From positions 64,420,001 through 64,484,000 of the forward strand of contig CM052816.1 in NCBI GenBank assembly GCA_028534125.1: DNA of 64,000 nucleotides, read 5' to 3'. Both the position numbers and the translations under genes were made by a program. The notes beneath the pieces were generated by a model, which was given only the letters and a program-made list of their open reading frames with translations, had not been told where the DNA came from and did no database searches. Of this stretch, positions 13,264-28,169 are shown one piece after another; within the stretch, counting starts at the first letter, position 1, and each line of letters starts with the position of its first letter. This DNA is from Lama glama (taxonomy: Eukaryota).

Positions 13264-14194
13264 TCTTACCTTCCTAACCTATTTATTATTGTCCTTTCAG
13301 GCTCAAATTTCTCAAGTCACCTGTGACTCTTTCCTTTCATCAGATACCAAGACTTGTCATTTATTCTTGACCAATATCTATTAAATTAAATTACATTTCT
13401 CTATTTTATTCAAACCTCTCATTTATTCAGCAAATGTTTACCAGACATTTTGTCCAGCTCTGGTTATGCAATAACTGAATTTATGCTGAATAAGATAGGT
13501 ATGGTTTCTGCTCTTATGCAAAGTAAAGTTTAGTGGATAAAATGAATACTGAACATATGATTGCAAGGTGCTTTGAGAGAGTTCTGCAGGGGACTCCAGC
13601 CTAGTCTGGTTGAGGGATGAGGCAGGAAAGGCCTTCCTACCTCAAGCCTGAATTACTGTGCCAGCCATCTACCGAGTCTCCCTACTTCTCATTCCCCCAG
13701 ACAGTACATTCAGAGTTACTGGATTTCCCTTTCTCAAAGATAGTTTAAACCTATTGGCCTCTGCTTGAGGACTTTCAGTGGCACTGTATTACCCCATAGA
13801 TATAATAAGCACCATGTTAATAAGGTTGCAGCAAACATCAATTGTCTCTTACCTAACAAAGGCCCAGAATGGTTTAAAGACTTGGCTGAAGCCACAGAAG
13901 TAGCAGAAATAGGATTGAATTCCCTGTGAGCTAACTCTGAATCAAATTCTTTTTTTCACGATTGCTACTTCTTTCATATTATAAAAAGAAAAAGATCTAA
14001 TCATGAGTATGGAACAAATATTATAGATAAATTAGGTATAGTCCCCAGAGGAAAAGCACATCACCCACTTATGGTCTACAAGCTTGAAGCCGATTGAAAA
14101 TCAACATTTGGTTAACACAGCTGGTCTCATAACCCATGACTATAAAATGAGGGTCACATTTACACTGATACCTAGATTACAATAAATCTGAAGC

Positions 14195-14642
14195 CCCCAC
14201 CTGCCAGAGGGGAATATAGCAGCAGTGTTGATGCTCCTGATCCTCTGTCCAGCCCCCTTTAACTGGTGTGCATTCACTACTATGTTTGGATTTTAACAAG
14301 GCACAGCTTCCCTTTCCTTCAAAGAACTGCCCTCAGAAGCTTCTTTATTGGGAAGGCTGTTCCAACCCCCAACACTTGGGCCAAACTTCAGCCAATGACT
14401 GGCCAATACTCTACAAAAGACCAGCCCCTCTTGACTCAAGGTGGGACCAGTTATGAGATGAAACCTACCCTCCAGAGCTTTTGTGTGAGTTCTGACTGAA
14501 GCTAACCTCCAGCTGAGACCTCATTCCTAGGTTGCTATCTTCGCCTCCTTACCATGTTTCTCTCATGCCCTTCTCCAGAGAATAGTCCTCAAATCAATCA
14601 CTTGAGTAAGAATTCTCACCTCAGACTCTGCTTTTAGGGAAC
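14195..14642 (+). mobile_element. LTR16-like ERVL solo LTR
   Basis: ccagcccctcttgactcaaggtgggac ... ctcagactctgcttttagggaac end motif. Confidence 0.65.
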
Positions 14643-17600
14643 TTATTCCCAAAGAATAAACTTATTCAAAGTGTCCCTAATTTGTTTCAGTGAGCCTCCA
14701 AAGGGGGCCTCATCAATGTCTACTGGCCACTCTGTCACGGCAGCTTCATGGGGCATCCACCACTTTCCCTCTCCCATGCATATGTCCTCACCACTGCCCA
14801 GGAATCTACTTGAATGAACCCCACTGTGATCTCTGCTGAAGGCTCTCATTCTGAGAACAACAATGTCCATAACAAGGATGCTAGCAGCTTTTGGATATTC
14901 CTTAAACTGCCAGTCCTCAAGATGCCATAACTGATCTGACTTCCCTGCTGTTGGCAGAATGGCCTCTACCTTCACGTTCTGGATACTGGATACTTTCTGG
15001 ATAAAAGTCCCACAACAGCTCTGCTTTTGCCCAAAGTTTTAGGAGGTCTGGTTTCTGACCTTTATTTCTCTAATCCTAAGGGATCAAACCCATTTCTAGT
15101 TGCAGAAGGCAAAGCTGACACCATCCCTTTAAAACCTTCTTGCAGTATATGTCCCCAACCAAACATATCCCTCTTGTTCCAGCTAAAAAAGCAAAGCCCT
15201 ATGATGTGCATGAGTGTGCTGGGAGAGAGTGTTGTCTATACTAGCATCTTCTGGCATCCAGTTCAAAAAACTTTTTTTTAATTTCATTTTTATTTTAAGC
15301 CTGTGTTATCACGGAAACCTCCTCCCTGAAACGATTTTGGCTAGAGAACTTCTGCAAAGAAGAACAGATACAACCTGTTAAGAAATTATTCTTTCATAAA
15401 AGTTATTAAAAGGTACTTAAACATACATAGAAGAAACTTTCAAGGTATAATTCTTTAAGCTGTTATCTACTTTAGTTTTACATAAGGAAATTCTAAAATG
15501 AAATTCAAGGTGTTTTCCATTTCTCTTTCATAGAGATTTAATATTTATTTTATTACAAACATTTTCAAGCATACAGCAAAGTTGAATTTTACAGTATACA
15601 TCTCTCTATACATCACCTAGATTCTACCACTATACTTGCTTCATCATGTATCTGTATATCTATCCATTCCTCTATTCATCCATCCATCAGACTATGGTGG
15701 CATTTTAATTATTTTTAAAGAATATTTTATACTTTGATTTAGAATCAGAAAGTCCATGTGAAAATAAATTCTACTGGAAATTCTATTATCTCTTCAACGA
15801 TAAAAATATTATAAGAAGACATACTTGACAGGGTGGCCTGGGAAAGAAAAATTATCTTTAAAAACACTAGTTCTGAGTAAATACTGTTTTCAAGCCATGG
15901 GTAAATCTGTCATAGAATAAATCTTATGGAAAGCTGAGCAGAATGCCAGGTACAGTTTTAAGTAATAATTCTCTAAAGCCCTGGTCTGTTCCATTGTCAA
16001 TGTGGGAAGCTATTTTTATTTAATCAGTAGTAAATGTGCCTATTCATTAACAATTGTATATAAAGTCAGAAACTGAACTCTACTTACAATGTTAATGCAC
16101 TAAATGGAACCATATATTTTAACACAATGATTTAAAAAGATTCAATCACTTCTCTAACATTTACATTTATATGATCTAATCACCCAAAAGTGTTAAATTA
16201 GGAGCAATATGTTCCATTCTGTGATGTCATTTTTGATAGGGGTCCAAGAAAAGAGACACAGAAGTTTGATTTAGCAGACATGCATTCTGTTTCACTCTTG
16301 TAAAAGTAAAATTTAATCATGTTGGTACACTCAAAATAGTTTTTTATTTCAAATAGAATAACCACAGTTGACTCAAAGAGAGAATTGGCTTATTTATTCT
16401 CTACCTAAAATTACTAATTCCTTGAGAGTGCTGTAAGAAGATGGAGTGGTGGTGAAAACCAAATACCTACATAAAAACAGAGCAAGTAGACAGCAAAACT
16501 CAAAATCCATGGACTACATTTACAACCAAACTTGGTGATAAACTATCTCTATGAATCCCGAGATATAAGTGGGGTTCAAACCACCAGCAACCACAAGATT
16601 TGCCTAGTATCAGGAGCTATGCAAGGGGAATCACAGAAAAGTTACAGAGTATCTGCCAGATATGAGAATAGGAAATCTCAAAATTGCCTATAGGAATTCA
16701 CTGAAAGCATAGCAGGCCAGTTAGAAGACAGCAGCTGAAACTGGCAAAACTTTACCTACTCCCATAGAGGGTGAATGCAAGGTACACAACAGCATCTAAT
16801 GGAGTTGTTAGAGTCTATGAACGTTTGAAAATGACCAGCCAGGGTTCCCTTCCAGGCCAGGACTCTGCACTGTAGAAAAATGGCTGATAGAAGAATATAG
16901 CTTGAGAAGAATGAGGACAATAAAGACCATACAAAGAGGTGGTCCAGATAAAAGCAGGAGAGGGAAACAAAACCACGAAATTTAAGGACACAATTCTTAA
17001 ATTTAATTCTTTATAAAAACAAGAGGGAGCTCTCTGAAATTAGGAAGGCTAAATGAACCAAGCCTCCTTCTAAAAGTTAAGGAAAACTCACATAAAAATA
17101 AGCAATATAAAATTACTGAAGTCAAATATCATACTAAGTTATTATTTTTAAAAACAAAATAAGGAACATAATAACATCCCTATAGTCAACAAGAGTATGC
17201 CAGAAAAACAGGCCCATAAAATAGATAAAGCTTAACCTACTATTTCAAAATGATCTAAAAGGCATTAAGAAGATGACATAACAGAATAACATAAGTCAAA
17301 ATCAGAAAAATGAGTTGAGAGAATTCAAGAAAGATTTAGAAATGAAGGAAAAATTTATTTTAGAAATGAAGGCTAAACTAGAAAGAGCATGTGAATGAAT
17401 AAATAGAATATAAAATGCCTTAAGAGAAATAGAAAGTGAAAGGGGATTTTTCTTTTTAAGTAAAAAGAAAGATATAAAAAGTATCTGAGAAAAAGTAACA
17501 AACAGAAAACAATCAAGGAAGATGCAATGGATAATAGAAGTTCTTGATGAATAAAAGCAGTAGAAAACAACAGAACAAATACTAAAAACTATAAATTAAG

Positions 17601-18144
17601 AAAAAAATTCCTAAAACAAATATTTGAAGCTACTTTTAAACTCAATGGACTTTAAATAAAAAGAAAAAATTGGGGGGGCATTTAGCTCAAAAGGAAAAGA
17701 AATTACATTACAATCAGACATTCTAATAGGAATGCTTTATGTCAAAAGAAAATTGAGTAACATATTTAAGACAAGAAAAGAAAATATGAGCCAAAGATTA
17801 TCTTTGAGCAATATATATCTTCAGGTACAAAGGGCACAGACTATTTTCAATATGTAAGCACTCAGGGAATGTTGTTCCCATAAGTACTTTCTCAGGGACA
17901 AGAGAGTAAGATTCAGACAACAAAAATGACTCAGAGATAGCTTCATAAGGACCGATGGAGAACAATAAATATATAATTACTTGTAGAACTACATGAAGGT
18001 TAAAAATTACATAATACTTATATGCACTGACAGCATAGCTATAGCACAAGCATGAAAAATATGGGTGGGGTGGGTGGTAAGAATGGGAATACTGTATGCC
18101 AAAAAAGAATTTTAACTGCTTTCAGTAATCACAATTGTTGGTGC

Positions 18145-18252
18145 TATTATTAGTAACATTAGTATTATTTTATTAATATTAGTAATGAGGATTACTAGCA
18201 TTAGTATTATTAGCATTATTAGTACTATTATTATTAGTATTAGTATTAGTAT
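18145..18252. repeat. Degenerate (TATTAG/ATT)n microsatellite inside an L1
   Basis: attattagta/attagt units visible directly. Confidence 0.8.
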
Positions 18253-19053
18253 TCTGAGACTATAGTACAGTTGGGTAAAAACAAAGGAATTATTATGGGC
18301 TATTCTAATTTCATCATCTCTTACATTCTTGAGAACCAAGACTCGTGGTGTAGAAAAACGGAGATAGAGATCTAGAAGAGGTGGGTAATCAGAATCCTCT
18401 ACCAAGCCTGAGGCAAGAAATGTTTAAGATGAACCTGGAACATCTTGTCATACCAGAGAGTAAGGAAGCTACCAAAGAACACTAGGGTCATGTCAAAAGG
18501 ATCCAGGAGGTGACTTAAGGAGGCTCCTGTTGCCAAAACTGGAATATTTTTGAGCTTCAACAAAGGTAGCAGTGTATTTAAACCTATAAAATCTATTAAA
18601 TTCATCTGCTTATCATGATATCTTAAAAAATTATCTCCTTCAGTGGATGACAGGGAACCAGCTCATTTTCTTGAAAACTGATAAAGGAAAATCAAGTATT
18701 TACCTTGCCTTTCCTATGTAAACTGCACTACTGAGTTACCAAATAGTAGATGAAAAAAAGCACCTCTTTTAAAAATTACTACAGTTAGTAAATGAAAATG
18801 AAACAACTGAAGATTATCACCATTTTGCAACCCTAGGAGTTAATACATCTAGACAATGGTGACATTACAAAAGAGAGAAAAGACAGCCACCTGCAATCTT
18901 ACTAAAGGGATGTAACCTGAGTGTGATCAAGTGTCTGGACCCAGTTTGCAGGAAATACAGAAGAAAGATGAACAAGATAAATAAGATGAACAGTATCGTG
19001 AACCCTAATCCTAACTCTAACTCTAATCCTAACCTGCAGTGGAAACACTGCAG

Positions 19054-19121
19054 GTCAAAATTACCCACATCATTCAACAGATAAACTGTCAAAATTACCC
19101 ACATCATTCAACAGATAAACT
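19054..19121. repeat. Perfect 34-bp tandem duplication
   Basis: GTCAAAATTACCCACATCATTCAACAGATAAACT at 19054 and 19088. Confidence 0.95.
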
Positions 19122-19639
19122 GTGAGGAAACAAAAAGATGTATCAAATAATCAGGCAAGACTGAACTAAACTCAGAGTGTAAGGATGCATGCTTGGATGA
19201 TAACATCATAAAGAAACATAAGGAAGTAGGTGCTATAGTCAGGAGAGTGGTTACTTTTGGAGAGAGATATGAGGGCACGATACGGTTGGAGAAGCACATG
19301 GTGGGGCTCTTGGTCTATCTCTTGACCTGGGTAATGATCATGAGGGTATTAACCTTTTAATAACTCCCTAAATGATGAGATGAGAGGAAACAAGCAATTA
19401 GATGCACAGGTCTGGAGTTCTAGGGAGAAGTCAGGGTTGTATTTGGGAGTCAAATAGATGATATTTACATTCATTACTTGTTAGGATTGAATAAGGTCAC
19501 CTATGAAAGTGGTTGGCTTTTTAAAAGACTAGCAGCTCCAGGAAAGAGCCATGGGAATGTCAACATTTGGATGTGAAACAGAGAAAACAGAAAAGGGTGG
19601 GTAGTTACTTGAGAAGCATGTGACTCCTGTAAATCTCCT

Positions 19640-20145
19640 CAATCCCAAAGCTTACTCCTGTCTGCTGTCATGACAAGACCCACAAAGGCTTCAATGGCGT
19701 CACACGGGTGCAATCAGAGAGCGTCTGCCTCAGGTAGAAACCAGGTACCTCCCTGTTCCTGCCCTGGGGAGCTTCTCTGACCCATGGAGTGGGATCCTCA
19801 GGAAGCTACTTGACATTTCTGCATGAGCAGTGACTGGGACAATAACACTTGTGGGGCCCCAGTCCTGAGCTGTGGTGGACGAGATCTGACGGATACACAC
19901 TTCCTCTTTAATCCCCCAGGCTAATAGTTCAGAGGCATATCTTACAAGGCTCTTCAGGGCCTTATAAATCAGTGCCTTATGAATCAAGCACTGGTAGTAC
20001 CAGTCACCTATAGGCATGGCCTGCTTTATAACATAACCTTTCTCTTCTTTTCTGTGATCTCTCACCTTAGCTCCCTGGAATCTTTCCCCAAATAAACCAC
20101 CTACACACAAGTCTTTGTCTCAGGTTCTGCTTTGGAGAGAATCAG
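19640..20145 (+). mobile_element. LTR33-like ERVL solo LTR within an L2
   Basis: cccaaataaaccacctacacacaagtctttgtctcaggttctgctttgg end motif. Confidence 0.55.
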
Positions 20146-22789
20146 TATTTTAGGGAGAGAGGACTCAATTGTGTTGATGCTGCTGACAGGTTAAGGATCC
20201 ACAGAATGTGGCTAGATGGAATTCCTAGGTACCCTGACTAGAGCAGTTTCACTGGAGTGATCGGGCAGAAGCTCGATCAAGGTGGGAGGAAGCTCTCATG
20301 GGTCCAAATTCTGTGGACCCTTGTCCTCTCGGCAGCATTCAACACAATCCACTACTCTCTCATTTTTGAAATATATCACATTTGCCAGTGACTGGGGAGA
20401 AGAGAAAGGGTCAGTAGCTAGACTTACACGTAGGGTTAAAGAGAGGCTTTTTAAAGCCAGGAGACAGTAGACCACGGGGATGATGAGACTATCAAGCAGA
20501 GAGGGAAAAACTCATGCCAAAGAGAGAAAGGAATATTGAGAAATGGTGGAGGGGTAGAATCTTCAGCCCAGGTGTCAGGGTTGGCCTTTCATCCACAGAA
20601 GCAAAGAGAAGGCAGAACACAGACAGATATGGAGGAGGGTTGGTTTGATGGTTTAGATGGTGGGGAAATAAACGAATTCACTTCTGTTTCTATTTTCTCA
20701 ATGAATTACCATCATTTCAAAAGCTGAGGGAGAGCAGTAGTGGGTGTAGGAAGATTGAGAAAAGAAGAGGAGGGAAATAATTTTGGAAACAGAGAACACA
20801 AACATTAGCCAAGTGATTGCTGAGCTGAACTGAGTGTCCATTTTTTTTTATTTCATGGGAGAGATTGCTAACTCATTTCTATCCCATTTCTGGGAGAATG
20901 GGCTTTTTAAGGCCCAGGGTTATACCTGGGTACTGTTTATTTCTAAAAACTCTTTGTTTTCAGCTCCAAAATGATGGAGTTGGAAAAAAGGTTACAAGGA
21001 AGAAGAGCAAGACAGAGATCTAGCTTCTCAAATCAAAAGTAGGTGGTAGTGAAGACCAGTTGAAGAATGACCGCTCAGAGGAGCATGGTCCAAAAGGAGG
21101 GATATTTTAATTCAGGTCACAGAATTGGCTCAGTGTTGTTAAGGTCCATAAAAAAAATCCTGCTGCAAATTCACAGATGGTTTTTCAGAAATAGTATACT
21201 TCGGAAGATATATTTTTCTCCAAATAATGCATTAAACAGAATGATATTGTTTCCCCCTTTTTCCCCTTAGAAAAATTAAAGTTGTATGAATTTATTACAG
21301 AGGTGGAGGGGAAACTTATTAAATAACTGTAGGCTTCTCAAACCATGAGCCTAAGTAGAGAAGTTAATAAGTTCCACGCTGAGCAGTGACATCATTGTTT
21401 CCCTAGTTACCCAATGTGGAGGCAGAAATGAATAAGCTAGATATAAATGCAATATCTAATAGGGTGGGAGTGTTAGAACTTTTTATGGCCATGAGGTTGG
21501 CAAGCCTTATAACTCAAAATGTGGTCGCTCAAAACATGTAACCAAAAAATGTCTCAGGGCCTATCAATTCATTGCTTATGGCTTTGGCAAAATATGTTCT
21601 ATATCCATGTACCTGGATGGAAGCTAAACGTAGGTGGTTCACTGGCTATACCTAAAATCCTGGACTAGGGCTTTGTGGATATGTCAACACAAAAACATAC
21701 ACATATTTTGTATTTTACACAGAGCTAGTAGATAACAAGTAGGTAGTAAATATCACATGATTTTAAAATATGTATTGCTTATTTATATAATACACATGGT
21801 TCATTCCTTTCAGTTAAATGACACATACTCATGTAGACACCCTGAAAAGCTGAAACAATCCTATTCCTATTTTGATATGAAATTCAGCTTTACTTTTCCT
21901 GTGTGCTTATTTTAATAAGTAACAACCAAATAGTCTTTTTTTGTTTTTAATGTGATCGTCTTTCACAATCATCTTAACTACTTTTTGGAGCAATTCTAAT
22001 AGGTAAGCTAGAATGATCATTTCCATTTTAGAATTGCAAAACTAAAGTACAGATAGGATACATTTCTGTACAAATTCAGCTTTTACTGTTGTTATACATA
22101 TTTTTTTTTTCCAGATTGGATGTGAGATCAGTGACCAAAGAAGATGGCTTCTGAATGGTACCTCATCCTTATATTCTAGGATCTGGAGACTTGTATTTGA
22201 GTGCCAAGCTTGATATATAGAAACTAGAAGATTATACACACTGTCTATGGCTGACAGACACAATGTCAAAAATTCACCCTAGGAACTGCTAAACATGCCT
22301 GAACAAAATTTCATTTTCCATGAAAATTATAGAACATAATTTTTTTTGAAAATTTGTAGAAATCCTCATTTTCCAGTGTTTAACAATGTCACATTATTTG
22401 GACAATAATTTTTCTAGTCTTCAGTTTATCAAATAGCAAGTTTTCAATTATTTTTATGGAGCTTTTCCTTTCAAGCAGAATATCTTATTTTTATTTTCAT
22501 CTCATTCCCAAATAAAAGTGTAACCTCTTTTCAGAATTTTAGGGCTGTGCACTATAGCCATCAGGCTAACAAAAATCTTTACAGATGAATAGGATTTTCT
22601 TTTCTTTTTTCCTTTCTTCTTCTTTTTTTTTAATTTGCCATGTGTAAAATGGCAAAGAAATTGACTGAAAACAATTGGCTGAAATAACAGATCAACTGAC
22701 AGGTTAAGTTTAGGCAAAATATCTTCAGACACAAGTTTCCACTATTTTCTATTAATTGTTTCTTTTATTTTTAGTTAACTCCAATAACC

Positions 22790-25700
22790 CCTTATTATTT
22801 TTAATTTTTACCAAAGTTAGAGATTTTATAAAGTTTTAAAAGTCTAACAGCTTTAAAAAGCTTATTACAAACTTCATTTCTCACTCCCAACCCCATCACC
22901 ATATTTCCATGCAACCTTTTAAACTCTTGCAGCAGATTTTCTTGTTTACTTACTTATTTCTAAATAAAGTACTTATTTTGTGACTCTTCCCTTTTAGGCA
23001 TTATCTATTGATTTCCCAATATAGAAAATGAGGATTTAATTATCTTTTACTTCCTACTCCTCCACACAAATACACACTTTTAATCCCTACCATGATTTTA
23101 GTTAGATCACTATTCAGTACTTAGACTATTAAATGCAGTCTCCATCTGTGCCACATAATACACTATGCTTATATTTCCTTTCTTACATAATTTTTTTCTG
23201 AGGTGCACAAATTTGAATTCATTATAATTATAGTTCATGACACATAATTATCATTGGTCTATGCATAGCTCTCTTTTATTTAGTTATTTAATCAGCTGTT
23301 TTCATTATAACTAGATCTCTTGAACTGATACCTAAAATGGAAGTTAGAGCCTTGAAAATAACCTGCATCTAAACATCTCCTTCCCAACCACAACCAATTT
23401 ATCGTTCTGCTTCCTTTCACCTAAATTAATCATAGTCCTGAATCTTGTGTTTGTCATTCCCTTACTTTCATTTTTAAAAAACTTTATTGCATCTATATGT
23501 ATTCCTATGTAAAGGGATTCACAGGAGTGGTAGATAAAAAGGGGGCTTCACTTTATGGTAAACTTTGTAACTGGGGCCAATCCTTCCACTAAGAACAAGT
23601 TGAAATGCTAGAGAAAATATTTCCAAAAATCTACTTGAAATTACCAGAGAGATACCAAAACAGTAAAGAATTGTGAGATCATTACCGGGGAGAAGAAACC
23701 CAGAGAGGTGAGGAATTTGAGGCTATATTCCTCTTAGTCATCTGCTGTTTTTGGAAGAGGTGACTAAATAGCTGAGCAAAGCTTCCAGTGGACATGTAAG
23801 ACCAACAGACAAAATTGGAGTTCAGTGCCCACCAAGGCAGTGGTTGTCTAGGATATCCTCCAGGTTTTAGATTGAGATCCTAAAAGCTAAATACTAGGAG
23901 TAAAATGTGAACTGAATCCAGACTGGACCTAAGACTTTGAAGCTGTAATTTTCTCAGTCCTCTAAGAGATTAAGGTGATCCAATACTACTAATGCCCTTA
24001 GTAATCTTCTGGAAACAAACGCAAATCTTTGCTGGAGTAAGACAACCTCATCTTAGATCTCAAAGTATCTGTACAAGCTTTCACATAAAATGCCTGGTAT
24101 TCAATAAAAGATAACCAAGCATATGAAAACATTATGAAAAATTTGAAAAACAATGGACAAGAGAGGATCAAAATAATGGAGTCATCCAAGACAGACTTTA
24201 AATTAACTACATTTAATATGTTCAAAGAATTAAAAGACAAGATGGAGAATTCCAGTAAAGAACTGGAAGCTATAAGATAGAATAAAAAAATTCTAAAACG
24301 TTAAACAACAACTATTACTGAGACCCCGATGAATAGATCTAATGGTAGATTAAACACAATTGAAAAGAGAATCAGTGAATTGGAAGATAGATCAGATAAA
24401 AAAACTTAAATGAAGCAAGTAAGAAAAAGAATAAAAAGGAAAGTTTTTCCTGTTCTTTCTTGCAGCTTATTCTTTCTGTAAGAAATATAGATGACACAGA
24501 ATGGAAGAAGGAAAACTGGACAGAAGTAATACTTGAAGAGATAATGACTTAAATTTTTCTAAAAATGATGAAATACTCCAAATCACAGATTCAGTCATAT
24601 TATAAATTACAAACAAGATAAACATGCACACACACATGCCCAGACATATAATAGTATACCTACTAAACACCAAGAACAACAAGAAAGAGAAAAACGGACA
24701 GGAAAAAAAAAAAAAAGACAAACTGTCCTCAAAGGAACATCTGGTTAAATAGGAGCAATGGAAACCAGAAGACAATGAAACAGCATTTTTAAAGTGAAAA
24801 ACAAAAAAAACAAAAAAACAAAAAAACCCAGTCTAGAATTCTATTCCCAGAAAAAGCAATGCTTAAAAAAGAAAGTATAATAACAAGATTTTCAGGGGAA
24901 AAAGTGAGAGAATTAAAACATGTTCACCAAGCAGAAGGAAAATTATTTCAGGGGAAATTTAGAAATGTAGAGAGGAATGAAGAGCAATAAACAGATAAAT
25001 ATGTGGGTAAATCAGGTCAATACTGATTGCAGAAAACAATAGTCATAAATGTACTGTGGAGCTAAAAACATAGAGATAATTAAAATACAACAATGACAAC
25101 AATGGTAAATAAATAAGAAGAGTGATAAATAGGATTTAAATTTTTTCAAAAGTCTCTGAATTGTCTAGGAAGAGATAAAAGTACTAATTTATATTAATTA
25201 GACTTTATACATCAAGGATATGAGCTATAATCTCTATGATAACCACAACAAGCAAAAGAATATGTGACTAATAAGTGACTAGAAAGCAGGAAAATCAAAT
25301 GTTAAAAAATTTTCTATAAATACATAAGGCTGTATATACTTGAGACTTACTTTTTCCACTTATAGAATCACTCTGATTCATCTATGTAATTATTTGTTTT
25401 AACTGCTTAAATGATCAGCTTGTTCATCTATTCTCCCACTGATAGGCAGCTTTTGGGTTATTTCCAGGTTTCTGCCAAATAGTGCTGTGGTGAAACTTCT
25501 TGTACATTTCTCCATTATATATATTTAAAACTTTCTCTTTCCCCCTAAAAGAGGAATGCTGGGTCACAGTGTATGTTTTTCTTCAACTTTGGGAGCTAAT
25601 GCCAAAACATTTTTTTTTAATATTACCAGCAACACATAAAAGGTTTTGTGAATCTACATCTTATTCCATATTTGGTATTACGAGTTTAAACATTTTGCCA

Positions 25701-27560
25701 ATGAAGTGGCTATATAATTGTGATCTTGTTTGATTTGTATTTTCTTCATCATCAGTAATGTTGAACATCTCTTTGGGTCTATTGTCCACGTGTAATTTCC
25801 TCTTCTGTGAAATACTTCTTTATATCCCCTTCCCATTTTTTATTGGTTTGTTTGTGGTCTTCTAATTGGTTTTTAGAAGTTCCTTTTATATTCTTGACAT
25901 TTTTTGTCATTTATGTATATTGTAAATATCTCCTCAAGATTCTTATTTTTTTCACTTCCTTTTGATGAGTACAAGTTCTTAACTCTAATAAGCACTGTAC
26001 AACTTTTTAATTTTCTCTGAAATTAACAATGGTCTTTTTGTAGATTTACTTGCTTTTTATGCACTTGTTGCTTATATAATACAGATCCTTTCCAGAGTGT
26101 GCAAGTTTCACTTGAGATATTCAAATTAGGTATTCTATCAATTTTATCTTCCTGAAGAAATCCTTCCTGGAACCTTGTGACCTGTTCCATCCCATATGTG
26201 TTGCTTTCCAGGCACGGCTGTTACCTGGAGGTCTCCATTTTACCCATCCTGGGGACTTGCCTTGTCTCTATGTTTCTTGGATCTAGCTTTTACTTTTTCT
26301 TACTTCATTTCTTGTTCTGGTGGAGCACATCCTCCTGTAGCTTCCTGAGAAGAGGTGCAAGGAAGATAGATTTTTAGAAATCTTCATTATGCCCTAACAT
26401 TTTTGATGGAAATAAAATTGAAGCTGGAAATAATTTTCCTTCAAAAGTTTGAAGACATTGTTTCATTGTCTTACAGCTTCTACTGTTATATTTTGAGGCA
26501 TTTGGTCTTGAGTCTGGTATGAAATCTTTCTCCAGTCCTCTGGAGATTGTAGGATTTTTTCCCCTTAGTACTTTGAAATGTCATAATATGATATGGTGTG
26601 GGATCTATTTTAGATCACCATGAGGGACAAGCATGCTTTTCACTTCTGAGAAATTTTCTTGAATTCCTTTTAATAATTTCTTTCCCTCCATTTTTTGTTT
26701 CCTCTTTCTGGAACTCTTATTATTTAGGTATTGAATCTCCTGGATTGGTCTAATTTTTTTTTCTCTCCTACTTTCTATATTTTTGTCTTTTTGTTTTACT
26801 GTTTGGGTATTTCCTAAACTCTATCTTCTGTACATATTTTCTATTTTACCTACACTCCCTTAATATCTGCTATCATAATTTTAATTTCCAAAAGTCTGTT
26901 TCTTTGTTCTCTGAGTTTTTTTTTTTTTAACATGTCACCTTGTTCTTCACCTGTGAATGTAACAGCTTCTCTTATCTTCCGAACATCCTGTTCATAGGGA
27001 AAACTTTTCCTGTCCTTTTGGCATTCCCTGGCTATTTGCTTATAGCAAAAGTTGTCCACCTGAAAGCTGATTGGAAACTCTGTGTATGTACTTGTAGTTT
27101 GTTGACTGCAGTCTTCATTGTAAGGTGATCTAGCTGGGCCTATTCTTTAGGAGATTCCCAATGTCAAGATCCTAGTTCTACTCCTTGGGGACATCCTAAT
27201 ATCAGGATTTTAGATCTTTTCTCTCTCTGACAGAAGATTTCTATTTTTCTGCCAGTTGCATGTTGGTTGACAGTCAGCAGTCAGGGAGCTGAGAAGGTCA
27301 GGGGCAGTTTTTGTGTAAAGTGGGAAAGGGATAAAAGAATAATTGCTTCATTAACACACTGTCAGAGAAGACGTAACCCCATCTTCACCCTTGCCTTCCA
27401 GAGATACGTCAGTCTTGGGGGATTTTGCAATGTAAATTGAGTTGCTGTTCAGCTCTCCTCACTGCCAGTTTAGGATTGCTTTCTCTAGTGTGCTAAGTCA
27501 GTACATACATACTTTCCAGCCTGCAAAATTTTGAGGCTGTTAACTTCCTGTTCTGTCTTT
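22790..27560. mobile_element. Cluster of ancient L1M/HAL1 fragments (23.5-25.3 kb on +, remainder on -)
   Basis: ORF1-like remnant (agacagactttaaattaactacatttaatatgttcaaagaattaaaaga) and antisense L1ME-type pieces. Confidence 0.6.
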
Positions 27561-28169
27561 TATTTTAGGTTTGTGCCTTTAACTGGAAATTCTACTTAAG
27601 CTTTTTAAAGCATTGTCAGGTCAATTCAACAAGCACATACTGAACACCTATCAGGTGCCAGGTTCACAGATCCATCACAACATTAATGGATCGGTGGGCT
27701 TTGGCTATTATTAAATTCTGAACTGAAATGACAGATGCTTCTCAAGTCTTTATTGTTCTCCTTGCAACCACTGAGCTACTTCCTCCAACCCTGAGGTATT
27801 TTGCTTATTATTTTATCTCTGGGGTACCATTAATTCTTTTCCTCATTTTCTATCAACTGGAAACATTTTTTCTCATCTTAAATTTCCTTTTAGACTTAAC
27901 TACATAACCTATTTCAGAGTCTACATAAAAATGTCTCCTTTACCAATCTCAAATAAATAGAGAGGATTTTAAACTCTGTATAGTAAGAAAAATTACTTCC
28001 AATTTGTGTTCAAGCTAAAAATGGATCATCCTCCCTACTCCCATCCAACAGTTCCATGATTCTTCCTGTGTCATAGACCAGGCAATAGTGATTCAGAGTT
28101 GTTGTAATTAATCACTTTATATGTTAAAATGGTTATTATTTACTAGTGCCCACTATGTACTGGAAATTT

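Larger units (their letters stand above)
16420..19340 (+). mobile_element. Ancient L1M/HAL1-like element (ORF1-like A-rich region plus L1MC-type 3' region)
   Basis: Strong A-rich strand bias and L1MC 3'UTR motifs (gaacctggaacatcttgtcataccaga). Confidence 0.65.

Noticed and set aside
18112..18405. Hydrophobic Ile/Leu-rich 97-aa ORF
   Set aside because: Translation of an AT-rich microsatellite inside an L1.
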